A stretch of 64,000 nucleotides of DNA from Candidatus Magasanikiibacteriota bacterium (GCA_003510435.1 DOMK01000001.1:26604-90603); one strand, 5' to 3'. Counted from the stretch's first letter, positions 1 through 9,858 are shown. The notes: generated from the sequence alone by a model not told the origin. Translations and numbers: made by a program.

Positions 1-972
1 GATATCCAAGTTACCCAAGAAAAACTTGATTCATTGCAATTGGAAATTGAAACTTTGCAATTATCAATCGAGGATAAAGAAAAGGTGATGAATAAACAAA
101 AATTAATTTTAGCCGAGTTAATCCAAGATATTCATTATAATGACAATAAAAATTATTTAGAAATTGCTGCTAGTTATGATAATTTTTCTGATTTTTATAA
201 TCAATTGCAATATGTCCAAACTATAGATCAAGAATTGGGTAAGAGTGTCAAGACTCTACGTGGAATTAAAGAAGAATTGCAAGATAAAAAAACTCAAACT
301 GAAGAGCGTAAAAAATCTTATGATGATTTGAAAAAAGAATTGGAAGGTAAAAAAGCTGATTATAAAGATCAAGTTAATTATAAAGCCACCTTATTGACCC
401 AAACTCAATCATCTGAAGCTAAATATCAGACATTACTCGCTAGTTTAAAAGCTCAATATCAACAAATAGAAAATGAGGTTTCCTCTATCGAACAGGAAGT
501 GAGAAGAAAATTAGAAGCTGCTAATAAATTGGATAATATTCCAGGTGATTCAACTCAATTATCTTGGCCAACACAGAGTCGGTATTTGACAGCTCGTTTT
601 CATGATCCAGATTATCCCTATCGTCATGTTTTTGAACACACAGGAATTGATATTAGAGCCGGACACGGGACAGCTCTAAAAGCGGTGGCTTCTGGTTATG
701 TAGCGCGCGCTAAACATTGTTCACTCTCAAGTTGTTATAGTTATGTTATGTTGGTCCACTCTAGTGGAATTGCCACTGTTTATGGCCACATGAGTGGTAT
801 TACAGTCTCAGAAGATCAATTTGTGACAAGAGGTGATGTAATTGGCTATTCTGGTGGTACACCTGGTACGGTTGGAGCTGGTCCGTTTGTCACTGGTCCA
901 CATCTTCATTTTGAAGTAAGAAAAGATGGTATCCCTGTTAATCCGTTGAATTATTTGGTTCAAGATTGGTAG
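1..972 (+). CDS. Coiled-coil M23 family metallopeptidase (murein hydrolase), 5'-partial
   Basis: Frame open from base 1; long coiled coil, then HTGID, YGHMS, GPHLHFEVR M23 motifs. Confidence 0.85.
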   Translation, partial: DIQVTQEKLDSLQLEIETLQLSIEDKEKVMNKQKLILAELIQDIHYNDNKNYLEIAASYDNFSDFYNQLQYVQTIDQELGKSVKTLRGIKEELQDKKTQTEERKKSYDDLKKELEGKKADYKDQVNYKATLLTQTQSSEAKYQTLLASLKAQYQQIENEVSSIEQEVRRKLEAANKLDNIPGDSTQLSWPTQSRYLTARFHDPDYPYRHVFEHTGIDIRAGHGTALKAVASGYVARAKHCSLSSCYSYVMLVHSSGIATVYGHMSGITVSEDQFVTRGDVIGYSGGTPGTVGAGPFVTGPHLHFEVRKDGIPVNPLNYLVQDW

Positions 973-976
973 AAAA

Positions 977-1440
977 ACACGAGACATAAAACACATATCA
1001 CATAACACGAGACAATTTATATGGCGAAAAATGACTACCATCAAAAATTGAGAGGATTGATTGTGGAGTACATCGTTTTAGGTTATAAGTCTTTGAAAAA
1101 ATTTCCTGATGACGAAAAGTATGGAATGATTTCACAATGTAAAAGAGCTCTGGTTTCAATCCTTTTAAATTATTTAGAAGGATTTGCTAGAACAAAGAAA
1201 AAAGTAATGGTAAATTTTTATGAAATTTCCTATGGCTCATTACAAGAAACTATAGGAATTTTTTATTTAGCAATATTTTTAGAATTTATTTCAAAAGAAG
1301 AATATAAAAAGTTGTTCGATATAAAAGAGGAAATAGCTAGAATGTTGTGGTCAACAACAAAAGGTGTAAAACAGGAAGATAGAGAATAAAAACCATTTGC
1401 CTTGTGTTGTGTGGTTTGTGGATTGTGTTATGTGATGTGT
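977..1440 (+). mobile_element. Four-helix-bundle gene cassette flanked by inverted 7-nt-period repeat arms
   Basis: Left arm acacgag-acataaa-acacata-tcacata-acacgag (about 977-1012); right arm ttgtgtt-gtgtggt-ttgtgga-ttgtgtt-atgtgat (about 1402-1440). Confidence 0.6.
1021..1389 (+). CDS. Four helix bundle protein (23S rRNA IVP/S23-like family)
   Basis: FPDDEKYGMISQCKRALVSILLNYLEGFAR...ISYGSLQE matches the family pattern FPxxExyxLxsQxrRAxxSixxNiaEG. Confidence 0.9.
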   Translation: MAKNDYHQKLRGLIVEYIVLGYKSLKKFPDDEKYGMISQCKRALVSILLNYLEGFARTKKKVMVNFYEISYGSLQETIGIFYLAIFLEFISKEEYKKLFDIKEEIARMLWSTTKGVKQEDRE

Positions 1441-1502
1441 CGCACAATATTTTAGTAGGGGAGAGGGAGCATGAAGAAGAGTAGGGGTGTTATTATAAAT
1501 TT

Positions 1503-1540
1503 AAAAAAGAGTTGGTTTCGTGCCAAACTCTTTTATTTTT
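1503..1540. terminator. Probable bidirectional intrinsic terminator
   Basis: aaaaaagagttgg-tttcgtg-ccaaactcttttattttt between convergent genes. Confidence 0.55.
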
Positions 1541-1734
1541 AAATTATTTTGAATTACTAATTACTAATTCACCTAATTTCTAATAAAAATTAAAATAAAA
1601 TTTTTAAATTAGTATTTTCTACATGCTGGAACGGTGAGAGTGTGATAAATGTATTAAATAGCATTAGTTATAAGCTTTTTTGGCTTAACTTAGTGATATG
1701 TTCATACCTGGGTTCTGAAAAGCCCTAGTATGTA

Positions 1735-1762
1735 GTGTCGTATAAGATATATTGTGCGACGC
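1735..1762. other. dif-like (Xer-type) 11-6-11 palindromic site
   Basis: GTGTCGTATAA-GATATA-TTGTGCGACGC, located where + and - strand genes converge. Confidence 0.5.
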
Positions 1763-1805
1763 CAGTACTATCTTGAGCTAAGGAGAAAAAGCTATTCTCC
1801 CCTGC

Positions 1806-2822
1806 CTATTGCCAATAAACTTTTCCCAAATAACGAAGATCAATATATTGTAAATTATTTCTTTTTACTTTATTTTTTAAAGTAAATTGTAGTTCTTCAA
1901 ATTGTTTATCAATTTCTTTATCAAGTTTCACTTTTATGTTCCAACCCTCTCTGGTTTTGATTACCCCGTCGCCTAGGTCATTTTCTAGGACTACATAGCC
2001 AAATGGTATGTCAGTTTTCTTGGTTAATAAATTGAACCAATTTATAATCCCAGCCACATTAACTTCATCCAAAACCCGGTCATTCAAATTTGTATCTTTA
2101 TTTCTAATATCATAAACAATTGGATAGTCTCCCATTTCATTCACTATATTTCTAACTGATGGTATATGGGCTAATTTTATTATTTCAGTTTTTGTAATAG
2201 TTTCTCCAGTTTCATTGGTTGAAGTCGTTGTTTTGGTTTGTGTTTGCCATTCGTCATCCCCGACTTTGCGAAGAATTTCTACAATGTGGCCGTCAGTACC
2301 AATGTAACTGTAATTTTTTCCATTATCATATATTAGAGTGGAAATTTTTTCTTCAATATTAATATTTAAAACATTAGGAAAAGTCTTACTAATCACAATT
2401 GACTCAATAGGAAATTTTTCTTTTAAAATATCTCTAACCTCATCTAGGTCAACTATAAAATAATTTTGTCCAGGTAGAATAAATAATCGTTTGTAATTAA
2501 TTACACCTAGTGTGGCATTTTTTATTTCTGTTTCAGAAATTCTTTGCAAGCCTGTGATATTTATAGTTTTTATATAAAAGAAATGACTGAAGACACTAAT
2601 AATTATCATGGATAAAACAGCTATTCCCAAAATTGATAATTCAATAATCTTTTTCCAATCCTTCTCCCCTTGTTCTTGCCAAAATGGATTTCTTTTTCTT
2701 TTATGCCAGTCAAAGTCTCGATGAACAGTATTTTTTGATGAAGAAAAAATAAAATCAGAAGCGATCTTCAATCCCCGACCCCATTTGCGTTTGTGTTTGT
2801 GAATATTGAAATTATTGTACAC
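1806..2822 (-). CDS. ftsQ: FtsQ/DivIB-like cell division protein (POTRA domain)
   Basis: One TM helix, IKTINITGL POTRA start, KTFPNVLNINIEEK, C-terminal YIDLRY. Confidence 0.75.
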   Translation of the reverse strand: MYNNFNIHKHKRKWGRGLKIASDFIFSSSKNTVHRDFDWHKRKRNPFWQEQGEKDWKKIIELSILGIAVLSMIIISVFSHFFYIKTINITGLQRISETEIKNATLGVINYKRLFILPGQNYFIVDLDEVRDILKEKFPIESIVISKTFPNVLNINIEEKISTLIYDNGKNYSYIGTDGHIVEILRKVGDDEWQTQTKTTTSTNETGETITKTEIIKLAHIPSVRNIVNEMGDYPIVYDIRNKDTNLNDRVLDEVNVAGIINWFNLLTKKTDIPFGYVVLENDLGDGVIKTREGWNIKVKLDKEIDKQFEELQFTLKNKVKRNNLQYIDLRYLGKVYWQ

Positions 2823-2833
2823 AAAAAAATATT

Positions 2834-3847
2834 TTATAATTCAGAATAAATTTTATTTATTTTTTCTATTATTGTTTTATCAACATCAAACCAGCCTTGT
2901 TTTAGACATTTAGCTTTGCATCTATAAGCTCTTTCGCCAGGTATAAGTATTTCTTGGTATTTTGCCATTTTTTTAGAATTTTTCAATTCTTTAATTAAGG
3001 CAGTATTTTCTCGTTTAAACTTATTAAGATTAACAAATTTACTTGGGTCAATGGCCAAATATAAAGCCCCACGGTATTTCCATTTTCCGTCTTTACTATT
3101 ATTTTTTAATCCAAAACCAGAATTTACTAGTGGCCCAGTTAAAATTTCAAATAATATTCCCAAAGCAAAGCCTTTGTAACCACCAAAAGGCAAAGCAGCA
3201 AAGGCATCATCTGGATTAAGGGTTACTTCCCCCTTTTTATTAATGAAAGCGTCGTTTGGTAATTTTTTATTTAGTAATTTTGCTAATTGTATTTCTCTAT
3301 AGGCTCTCACAGATGTGGCCATATCAGCTACAATTGGCAAGCCAGTCGTAGGGACAGCAAAACCAATAGGATCAGTACTAATAATTGGATCAATTCCTCC
3401 GTACGGAGCTACGAGTGGTCCTCCGCCATTGTGAAAAATAAGAGCGATTAAATCATGTTTAGCCAAAGCCTCAGCTTGACTACCCGGACGAAGAATTGCT
3501 CTGGTGTTGTAAGTGCCAACCATGGCAATGCCAAATTTTTTAGCTTTTTTTATTAAAATTTTTCTAGCCATTTCTGCCACCAATTGCCCAGCCTGTCCTT
3601 GGCCATCGATCAAAGTAAAAACTGCATCATCTTTTGTGATTTTAATTTTTTCGGTTTTAGAACTTTCTAATATTCTTTCGATATCATAAACTCCATTTAC
3701 AAAAGCGCTTAGGCCGTGGCTTTTTTTGTTTAGCAACTCCCCTTCTAGATAATCAGAAAAAATAATTTTAGTAGCTTTGCTTGATACGCCACTTTTTATT
3801 AAAATTTGTTCGCATTTTTTTCTAATTTCATTTATTTTTACCCGCAT
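2834..3847 (-). CDS. Ldh_2 family (malate/lactate/ureidoglycolate-type) oxidoreductase
   Basis: SHGL, DMATS, LPFGGYKGFALG, ILIPGE motifs. Confidence 0.85.
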   Translation of the reverse strand: MRVKINEIRKKCEQILIKSGVSSKATKIIFSDYLEGELLNKKSHGLSAFVNGVYDIERILESSKTEKIKITKDDAVFTLIDGQGQAGQLVAEMARKILIKKAKKFGIAMVGTYNTRAILRPGSQAEALAKHDLIALIFHNGGGPLVAPYGGIDPIISTDPIGFAVPTTGLPIVADMATSVRAYREIQLAKLLNKKLPNDAFINKKGEVTLNPDDAFAALPFGGYKGFALGILFEILTGPLVNSGFGLKNNSKDGKWKYRGALYLAIDPSKFVNLNKFKRENTALIKELKNSKKMAKYQEILIPGERAYRCKAKCLKQGWFDVDKTIIEKINKIYSEL

Positions 3848-3865
3848 ATTTTTAAAGTTTTTATG

Positions 3866-4279
3866 TTAAGTAATTTTACTTAAATCACCATAAACAACTA
3901 TTGGTTTTACAGCTTTAATTTCTGATTCACAATATGGTATATCTGGTATTGGATTTAGCATAAAAATTTTTTGGTTTAAAACATGAGCAAATCCTATCTC
4001 CATTAAAGTGTTGGCGCCAACATAATTTTTAATCCCGTTTTTATCTAAGTTTAAAACCAATACAGCATCAGCTCCTTGCATCATGTTCCAAAATTCACGA
4101 ATTGCATCAAGATTGTATTTTTGATAGAGTTTAATTTCTTCTATTTCCTCAGCTGATTTGTTGATCATTGTTTTGTGAAAATTTGTTAAAAAAGCTTCAT
4201 GACCTAGTTCAGAAAGTTTATCACGATACTCTACCATTTTATCAGTAAATTGCATGGAGCCTATTATCCCTATTTTCAT
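3866..4279 (-). CDS. Conserved hypothetical protein, nucleoside 2-deoxyribosyltransferase-like fold; start moved to ATG 4279
   Basis: IIGSM...ADAVLVLN...YVGANTLMEIGFA pattern. Confidence 0.55.
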   Translation of the reverse strand: MKIGIIGSMQFTDKMVEYRDKLSELGHEAFLTNFHKTMINKSAEEIEEIKLYQKYNLDAIREFWNMMQGADAVLVLNLDKNGIKNYVGANTLMEIGFAHVLNQKIFMLNPIPDIPYCESEIKAVKPIVVYGDLSKIT

Positions 4280-4293
4280 ATCAAATATAATTA

Positions 4294-5343
4294 TCAAAAT
4301 CCTCTCTTAATTTTTCTAAATGATTCAACTAACCAATTTACCCAATACTTTTTTGTAATTGGTAAATCTTGACAATGCAATAAATCTTTTTGATAACCAC
4401 CAAAGCCCTTTTTAAAATGAGTAATACCAGCAAATGGATGATTTTTTGGTGAGTTTTCTGGGGCAATTCCCCAAAAATTATAATATTTTATATTTCTTTT
4501 CCTGGCTTCTTTAATTGCTTCCCATTGCAATAAATATGAGCTTGGTAAGCGTTTATCAAGCCCCAGCGAAGCTCCATGGCGATAAGCCGCCATATTGCCG
4601 TAAAACATGACTATAGCAGAAGAATCTAATCTACCATCTGGTAAGTAAGCATTAAGAACTAAAGCTTCATTGTTTGATGAAAAAACAGAAAATTCATTGG
4701 TAATATATTTTTTGGAAAAACGATGAAAATTATGACGCTTTGCTGTCTCGTCATGAAGTTTATTAAAATTTTCCAGGTCAACCACTTGGTTTTTAATTTC
4801 AATGGTTACATTTTCTTTTTCACAGCGGTGAATTAGATTGCGGTGATTTTTGTTCATGTCAGCTAAGAGTTGATCTTCAGTCTTGTCTAATTCCAAAAGC
4901 CAAGTAGTTTCGGCCAAGACGTGCATTGGGGCTGGTCTAAAGCCTAATTTTTTAAATAGATTTTTATTATCCTCTGTCTCATCTAAAAATGGACTGATTC
5001 TAATAAAATCATATTTATTTTTTTGCGCAAAAGTTTTTAAATAATTAACAAAAATATCTAAAAATTTGTTTATCTCCCCAACTGGGCCATAAGGTAGATA
5101 AAGAAAATTACCTCTTTTGGCATGGGTACTAATAACTAATGAGCCACCAATTAATTTATTATCTTCATAAACACCAAAAATCCAGGATTGTTCAGACATT
5201 GATTCATAAAATTTTCCATAATGAAAAGATTGAACAAATAATGCCATGCCCCGCACCGAGTTTTGCTCTGGTGTTGGGGTATTCACTTGTGATAAAACAA
5301 AATTTTCCCAGTCACTTTTATTCTCAATGATCTTGACTTCCAT
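4294..5343 (-). CDS. FemABX family lipid II aminoacyltransferase
   Basis: LYLPYGPV, LLQWEAIKEA, YNFWGI, GITHFKKGFGG. Confidence 0.9.
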   Translation of the reverse strand: MEVKIIENKSDWENFVLSQVNTPTPEQNSVRGMALFVQSFHYGKFYESMSEQSWIFGVYEDNKLIGGSLVISTHAKRGNFLYLPYGPVGEINKFLDIFVNYLKTFAQKNKYDFIRISPFLDETEDNKNLFKKLGFRPAPMHVLAETTWLLELDKTEDQLLADMNKNHRNLIHRCEKENVTIEIKNQVVDLENFNKLHDETAKRHNFHRFSKKYITNEFSVFSSNNEALVLNAYLPDGRLDSSAIVMFYGNMAAYRHGASLGLDKRLPSSYLLQWEAIKEARKRNIKYYNFWGIAPENSPKNHPFAGITHFKKGFGGYQKDLLHCQDLPITKKYWVNWLVESFRKIKRGF

Positions 5344-5346
5344 AGT

Positions 5347-6585
5347 TTAGTATTGGTTTACTAAATTAATTATTCTTTCCGCATCTGTATTTGTAATATT
5401 TTTATCTGTGGGTAGATTGATAGACATAGCGGAAAGTTGTTCAGCTTTTGGACAATCCCCTGCTTTGTAGCCAGATTTGGTAATGTTAATATCAGCCGGC
5501 GCAATAGGACAAGAATACCAATCGCCCAAAATTATATTTTGATTTTTAGCTAACCTTCTCAATTTATGGGGATTTTCGACTAAAATTGTATAACGCAGCC
5601 AAACAGATTCATTAGTCCAGTCTGGTTTAGTAATTTTTGGATTATTAATTTTATCATTGTAAAGTTTGGCAATCTGTTGTCTGTGATTATTAAATTCAGA
5701 AATTTTTTCAGTTTGATTTAATAAAATTTTAGCCAGAGCATTAGGTAAGAGTGAAGGATAAAATAAAACTTGTTTGCCAATTTTTTCTTGCTTATAAATT
5801 ATCTTATTTGTCAGATTTAGTTTTTTTGCTATAGCCAATATCCACTTCCCTACTCCAATACTATACAATTTTTTACCAATAAAAAATATTGGATAATGGC
5901 ATAGATGTTGTTTTATTTTTAATAATCTAGAGTGTGGTAATCGTGTTTGATATTCTTTTATTTTACTAGCAGTTTTATCATCATTTGTAATCAATCCCCC
6001 GCCTCGGACACATGAAATGATTTTGTCGCTCCCAAAACTAAAAATTCCTATATCTCCAAAAGTGCCAAGTAATTTATTATTAAATTTTCCACCAAGAGAA
6101 TGGGCACAATCCTCAATAATTTTTAGATTATTTTCTTTGGCAATATTTAATAACTTTTCTAGATTGGCCGGTTTTCCAAAAGTGTGTTGAATAATTAAAA
6201 CTTTTGCCTTGTTAGTAATTTTTTTTTGCAAATCATTTGCATCCATATTGAAATCACTATCTATGTCTACATAAATTGGTTTAGCCCCTGTCCAAACAAC
6301 CGCATTACTTACTACCATACAAGTGTAGGCTTGAACTAAGACTTCATCATCTGGTTTTATATTTAATGATTTTAAAGCGTAAAATAAAGCTGTCCGACCA
6401 CTATCAAAAGCAAAAGCATATTTAGTAGAAAAATAATTTTTTAGCCAAGTTTCTATTTTTTCCGCACTGTCCCCTTTTTTCCAACTCCAGGGTTTAAACA
6501 AAAGACCGCAAGCGGTTTTTACATCTTGGTTGGTTAGATTGGGCGCAAAGCCAGTAAAAATAAATTTTTTAAATATGGAACTCAC
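5347..6585 (-). CDS. DegT/DnrJ/EryC1/StrS PLP-dependent aminotransferase
   Basis: SGRTAL, IIEDCAHSLG, FSFGSDK (PLP lysine). Confidence 0.9.
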   Translation of the reverse strand: MSSIFKKFIFTGFAPNLTNQDVKTACGLLFKPWSWKKGDSAEKIETWLKNYFSTKYAFAFDSGRTALFYALKSLNIKPDDEVLVQAYTCMVVSNAVVWTGAKPIYVDIDSDFNMDANDLQKKITNKAKVLIIQHTFGKPANLEKLLNIAKENNLKIIEDCAHSLGGKFNNKLLGTFGDIGIFSFGSDKIISCVRGGGLITNDDKTASKIKEYQTRLPHSRLLKIKQHLCHYPIFFIGKKLYSIGVGKWILAIAKKLNLTNKIIYKQEKIGKQVLFYPSLLPNALAKILLNQTEKISEFNNHRQQIAKLYNDKINNPKITKPDWTNESVWLRYTILVENPHKLRRLAKNQNIILGDWYSCPIAPADINITKSGYKAGDCPKAEQLSAMSINLPTDKNITNTDAERIINLVNQY

Positions 6586-6590
6586 AAAAT

Positions 6591-8198
6591 TTAGATTAAT
6601 TTGGAATTATCCCTAATTTCTTTCATAACTAATTCTGGAATGCGGTTTTCTAATAAAACTACTGAACCACTATTTTTAATATTTTTTATATAAGTTAGTA
6701 ATTTTACCGGTTCAAAAATTTCTTTAATTTCTAAACGATATTTTTGACTTAGAGACCCTTCAGTGAGAGGTTTGACAAAATCAGGCGTAATTATAACTAG
6801 CTCATCGGTACTATAAGAGATTTCTCCGCCAATTTTTTCGTGGATTTCATTACTTTTTTCTCCCAATTCTAACATGCCTCGAGTAATTACAATTCTCTTA
6901 CGTTCATTTTCAAAATTAGTAATATAATCTAAAGCCGCTTTAAAACCTTCGGGATTGGAATTATAGCTGTCATCAATAATATCACAATTGCCATATTTGA
7001 AAATATGAATAGTTTGCGGTAGATTTTTTATAACACCTTTAATCTCTTCCTCTGTCATTCCTAAATAACGAGCTACTAATGTGCATGGTAGAACATTCAT
7101 GGTATTGTGACTACCACGTAAGTTTGAGTCTATTTGAATTTCTACATTTTGACAAATCACGACGACTTTACCACCTTCAGTATTTTTTTCTATACTCTTT
7201 ACCAAGATAGTTGGTTTATGTTCTTCTTCTGTACCAAAGGTCATTACTTGACAATTTAATTCATTTAAAAATTCCCGACAATATGAATTGTCGCTATTAG
7301 TAATAGCTAAGCCATCTTTTGGTAGAGACCTGAATAATTCATATTTGGCCTTTTGGGTTTTTTTAATATTACCAAATAGCGCTATGTGCTGTTCATTGAT
7401 GGCAGTCAAGATACCAATTTTTGGTTTTACCATATCGCAAATCAATTTTATTTCTCCTTCGGCATAAGCACCCATTTCTACTATAAAAATATCTGTATTA
7501 GAAAAATTAGTTTTTAAAATAAATTTGGCTATGCCAATTTCGGTATTAACATGTTTAGGCGTACTTATAACATTAAATTTACTTTTTAAAATATGATCCA
7601 AAAAGATTTTTACTGTCGTTTTGCCATAACTGCCAGTAATACCGATTATTTTTAAATTTTTATATTGGCTAATTTTTTTTCTAGCGCGATTAATTAATAT
7701 TTTTTTTATTAAATCAGTCATTAGATTAAAAGCATAAACTATTAAACCTAAAATAAAAATTCTTGTCATCATTAATATTAATAAAGCATCCCAATCGTGT
7801 GATTTAAATAATAAACTTACTTCTAGTAAGATTGGGATTGAGATTAATAATAAAGATTTTAGAGTAATAGCTGGCTTAATAAATTTTTTTCTTTTAAATA
7901 TTTTATGTATATCATGGATGAAATTAATAGCCAAGATAGCCAAGATAACTATTTTTTGGATCTCAATGTTCAAAGGTAGAAATAAGGCGACCATTATTAA
8001 AAAGGCCCGATGGACAATGTTAAATTGAAAAGTAAAATGTTTACCTTGCTCAGTACTCAAAAAATCACGAAATCTATCCCAGCGATATTCTTTAAGTTGG
8101 AAAAAATACACAAAATAGCTATAATCCGAGATAGCTGAAAAAATCCAGAGAATAAAAATTATAGTATTAATATCAGAAAACATATTATTAATTAACAA
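6591..8198 (-). CDS. murF: UDP-N-acetylmuramoyl-tripeptide--D-Ala-D-Ala ligase with N-terminal membrane segments
   Basis: GITGSYGKTT, VEMGA, IDDSYNSNP, MLELG. Confidence 0.85.
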   Translation of the reverse strand: MLINNMFSDINTIIFILWIFSAISDYSYFVYFFQLKEYRWDRFRDFLSTEQGKHFTFQFNIVHRAFLIMVALFLPLNIEIQKIVILAILAINFIHDIHKIFKRKKFIKPAITLKSLLLISIPILLEVSLLFKSHDWDALLILMMTRIFILGLIVYAFNLMTDLIKKILINRARKKISQYKNLKIIGITGSYGKTTVKIFLDHILKSKFNVISTPKHVNTEIGIAKFILKTNFSNTDIFIVEMGAYAEGEIKLICDMVKPKIGILTAINEQHIALFGNIKKTQKAKYELFRSLPKDGLAITNSDNSYCREFLNELNCQVMTFGTEEEHKPTILVKSIEKNTEGGKVVVICQNVEIQIDSNLRGSHNTMNVLPCTLVARYLGMTEEEIKGVIKNLPQTIHIFKYGNCDIIDDSYNSNPEGFKAALDYITNFENERKRIVITRGMLELGEKSNEIHEKIGGEISYSTDELVIITPDFVKPLTEGSLSQKYRLEIKEIFEPVKLLTYIKNIKNSGSVVLLENRIPELVMKEIRDNSKLI

Positions 8199-9012
8199 AA
8201 TTTTTAATTATTTCTAATAATTTTTCTTTTGTCTGTAAGTGTAGTCCGTGTCTAGCATTTTTAATTATTTCTAATTTTGAATTCTTGATTAGTTTGTTCA
8301 ATTTATAAGCATCAGACACTGGCAAATAACCATCCATGGTACCCCAGACAATTAAAGTCGGTACTGTAATTTTATTAGCCTCTTCTCCTCTATCTTGACG
8401 GATAATGTTTTTAAAAATTTCCCGTTTGATTCCAGATGTGTCGTGATAATCTTTGGCACCAATGGCTTTATGAAAAATATCTTCGGCCCAGAGAGAGCCT
8501 TTTTCTATCCACGGAATTTTAAAAATTAATTTACCAAATTTTGCGCCCGCGTTAAAAATTACACGTCTGAAAGTTTTCTTTGGTCGAAACACAGCCGGCG
8601 CAGTTAAAATTAATTTATCAATCATATCTGGATATTTACTAGCAAAAACTGTGGCGACTTGACCGCCGAAACTGTGACCGAGTAATACCACGTCATTCTG
8701 AGCGGAGCGGAGCGGAGTCGAAGAATCCCCTTGTTTGTACACAAAAAAATGGGATCCTTCGACTTCACTGCGGCTCACAAGCTCACCTTCGTTTCGCTCA
8801 GGATGAAGTAGTGATTCGATTTTATTTTTTACAAATTCAACATAATCCTCTACTCCCCAGACTTTATCTGGACATGGTTCATCACCAAAGCAAGGTAATT
8901 CAATAATTTGAATATCAAAATCATTACTGGCTAATTCAGCAAATTCGTTCCAAGTCGCTTTGTTTCCTCCCCAACCGGGAAGGATGATTAATTTTGATTT
9001 TAAATTATTCAT
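8188..9012 (-). CDS. Alpha/beta hydrolase carrying an in-frame palindromic insertion
   Basis: LPGWG, GHSFGG nucleophile elbow, WGTMD, C-terminal His; about 39 extra codons at 8691-8807. Confidence 0.85.
   Translation of the reverse strand: MNNLKSKLIILPGWGGNKATWNEFAELASNDFDIQIIELPCFGDEPCPDKVWGVEDYVEFVKNKIESLLHPERNEGELVSRSEVEGSHFFVYKQGDSSTPLRSAQNDVVLLGHSFGGQVATVFASKYPDMIDKLILTAPAVFRPKKTFRRVIFNAGAKFGKLIFKIPWIEKGSLWAEDIFHKAIGAKDYHDTSGIKREIFKNIIRQDRGEEANKITVPTLIVWGTMDGYLPVSDAYKLNKLIKNSKLEIIKNARHGLHLQTKEKLLEIIKNFVN
8691..8807. repeat. REP-like doublet (GTCAT-terminated) inserted in frame
   Basis: cgtcattctgagcggagcggagcggagtcgaagaatcc...ggatccttcgac...gctcaggatgaag; left arm near-identical to 44339-44380. 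Confidence 0.85.
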
Positions 9013-9824
9013 TTTATAGAATTAATTTTTATAGAATTTTTTAATATGATAGATTTTAACTGACTGTAGATAATTAAATAAATTGTTGCTGCTCCAAACG
9101 ATAATAATGTCCCCCAGTATATTCCATATAAAGGATAGGCTATTGAAATTAATAAAGAATAAATAATGAGAGAAAACATCCCAATTGGTACATTTTTAAT
9201 AATTGTGTGAACATGTTCTTTTGAATATGTAAAATGAACAATTAAAATAAGTGGAAAAAGTGTAGTTGGAAATGCAGAAAATAAGCCGGCCCAGGTTGAA
9301 CCAACAAATTTTGGGATACTTGTAATAAAAAGTATAATCAAAGCTGAAAAGAAGGCACGCATAAAAAGTATTTTAAAATCTAATTTTACTTTATTTTCGA
9401 TTATGATGTTTTTGATATTTTTAAATAAATATATATATAGGAACGCAAAAACTATAGGAATAAGGATGGCGATGAATTTGTTTAATTGAATAAAGTGTAA
9501 TACATAAATAACCAAGAAATATCCTAAAATAGAAAATAACGACGATAACAATATACTGTATTTGTTAAAATATTTAGAAGAAACATAATAAAAATATACG
9601 AATGATAATGACGCTGTCATTCCTATCATATTAAAAATTGCGCTATCGGACGCGAATTGTGGACCTAATTCTAATCCAAAGAAAAAAAGTGTTATAGCAG
9701 ATCCTGTTGGATACCCAGATAAGATACCCGCAACTCTCGGACTTACATACTCAGCTAAAAGCGATAATCCTACCACAATAGAAATAGCAACGGTTAATTT
9801 AATTATAAACAACATTTCAAACAT
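9009..9824 (-). CDS. Multi-pass membrane protein, hypothetical
   Basis: Hydrophobic throughout, with an internal repeat (AGILSGYP / AGLFSAFP). Confidence 0.65.
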   Translation of the reverse strand: MFEMLFIIKLTVAISIVVGLSLLAEYVSPRVAGILSGYPTGSAITLFFFGLELGPQFASDSAIFNMIGMTASLSFVYFYYVSSKYFNKYSILLSSLFSILGYFLVIYVLHFIQLNKFIAILIPIVFAFLYIYLFKNIKNIIIENKVKLDFKILFMRAFFSALIILFITSIPKFVGSTWAGLFSAFPTTLFPLILIVHFTYSKEHVHTIIKNVPIGMFSLIIYSLLISIAYPLYGIYWGTLLSFGAATIYLIIYSQLKSIILKNSIKINSIK

Positions 9825-9858
9825 ATATTACTAAAATTTTGTAATAATTGTAAACAAT

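Noticed and set aside
1021-1389. Avd-like protein as part of a diversity-generating retroelement
   Set aside because: No reverse transcriptase and no template/variable repeat pair seen in the window.
1620-1805. Possible tRNA or ncRNA in the convergent intergenic region
   Set aside because: No cloverleaf or recognisable family motif; only short hairpins and the dif-like site.
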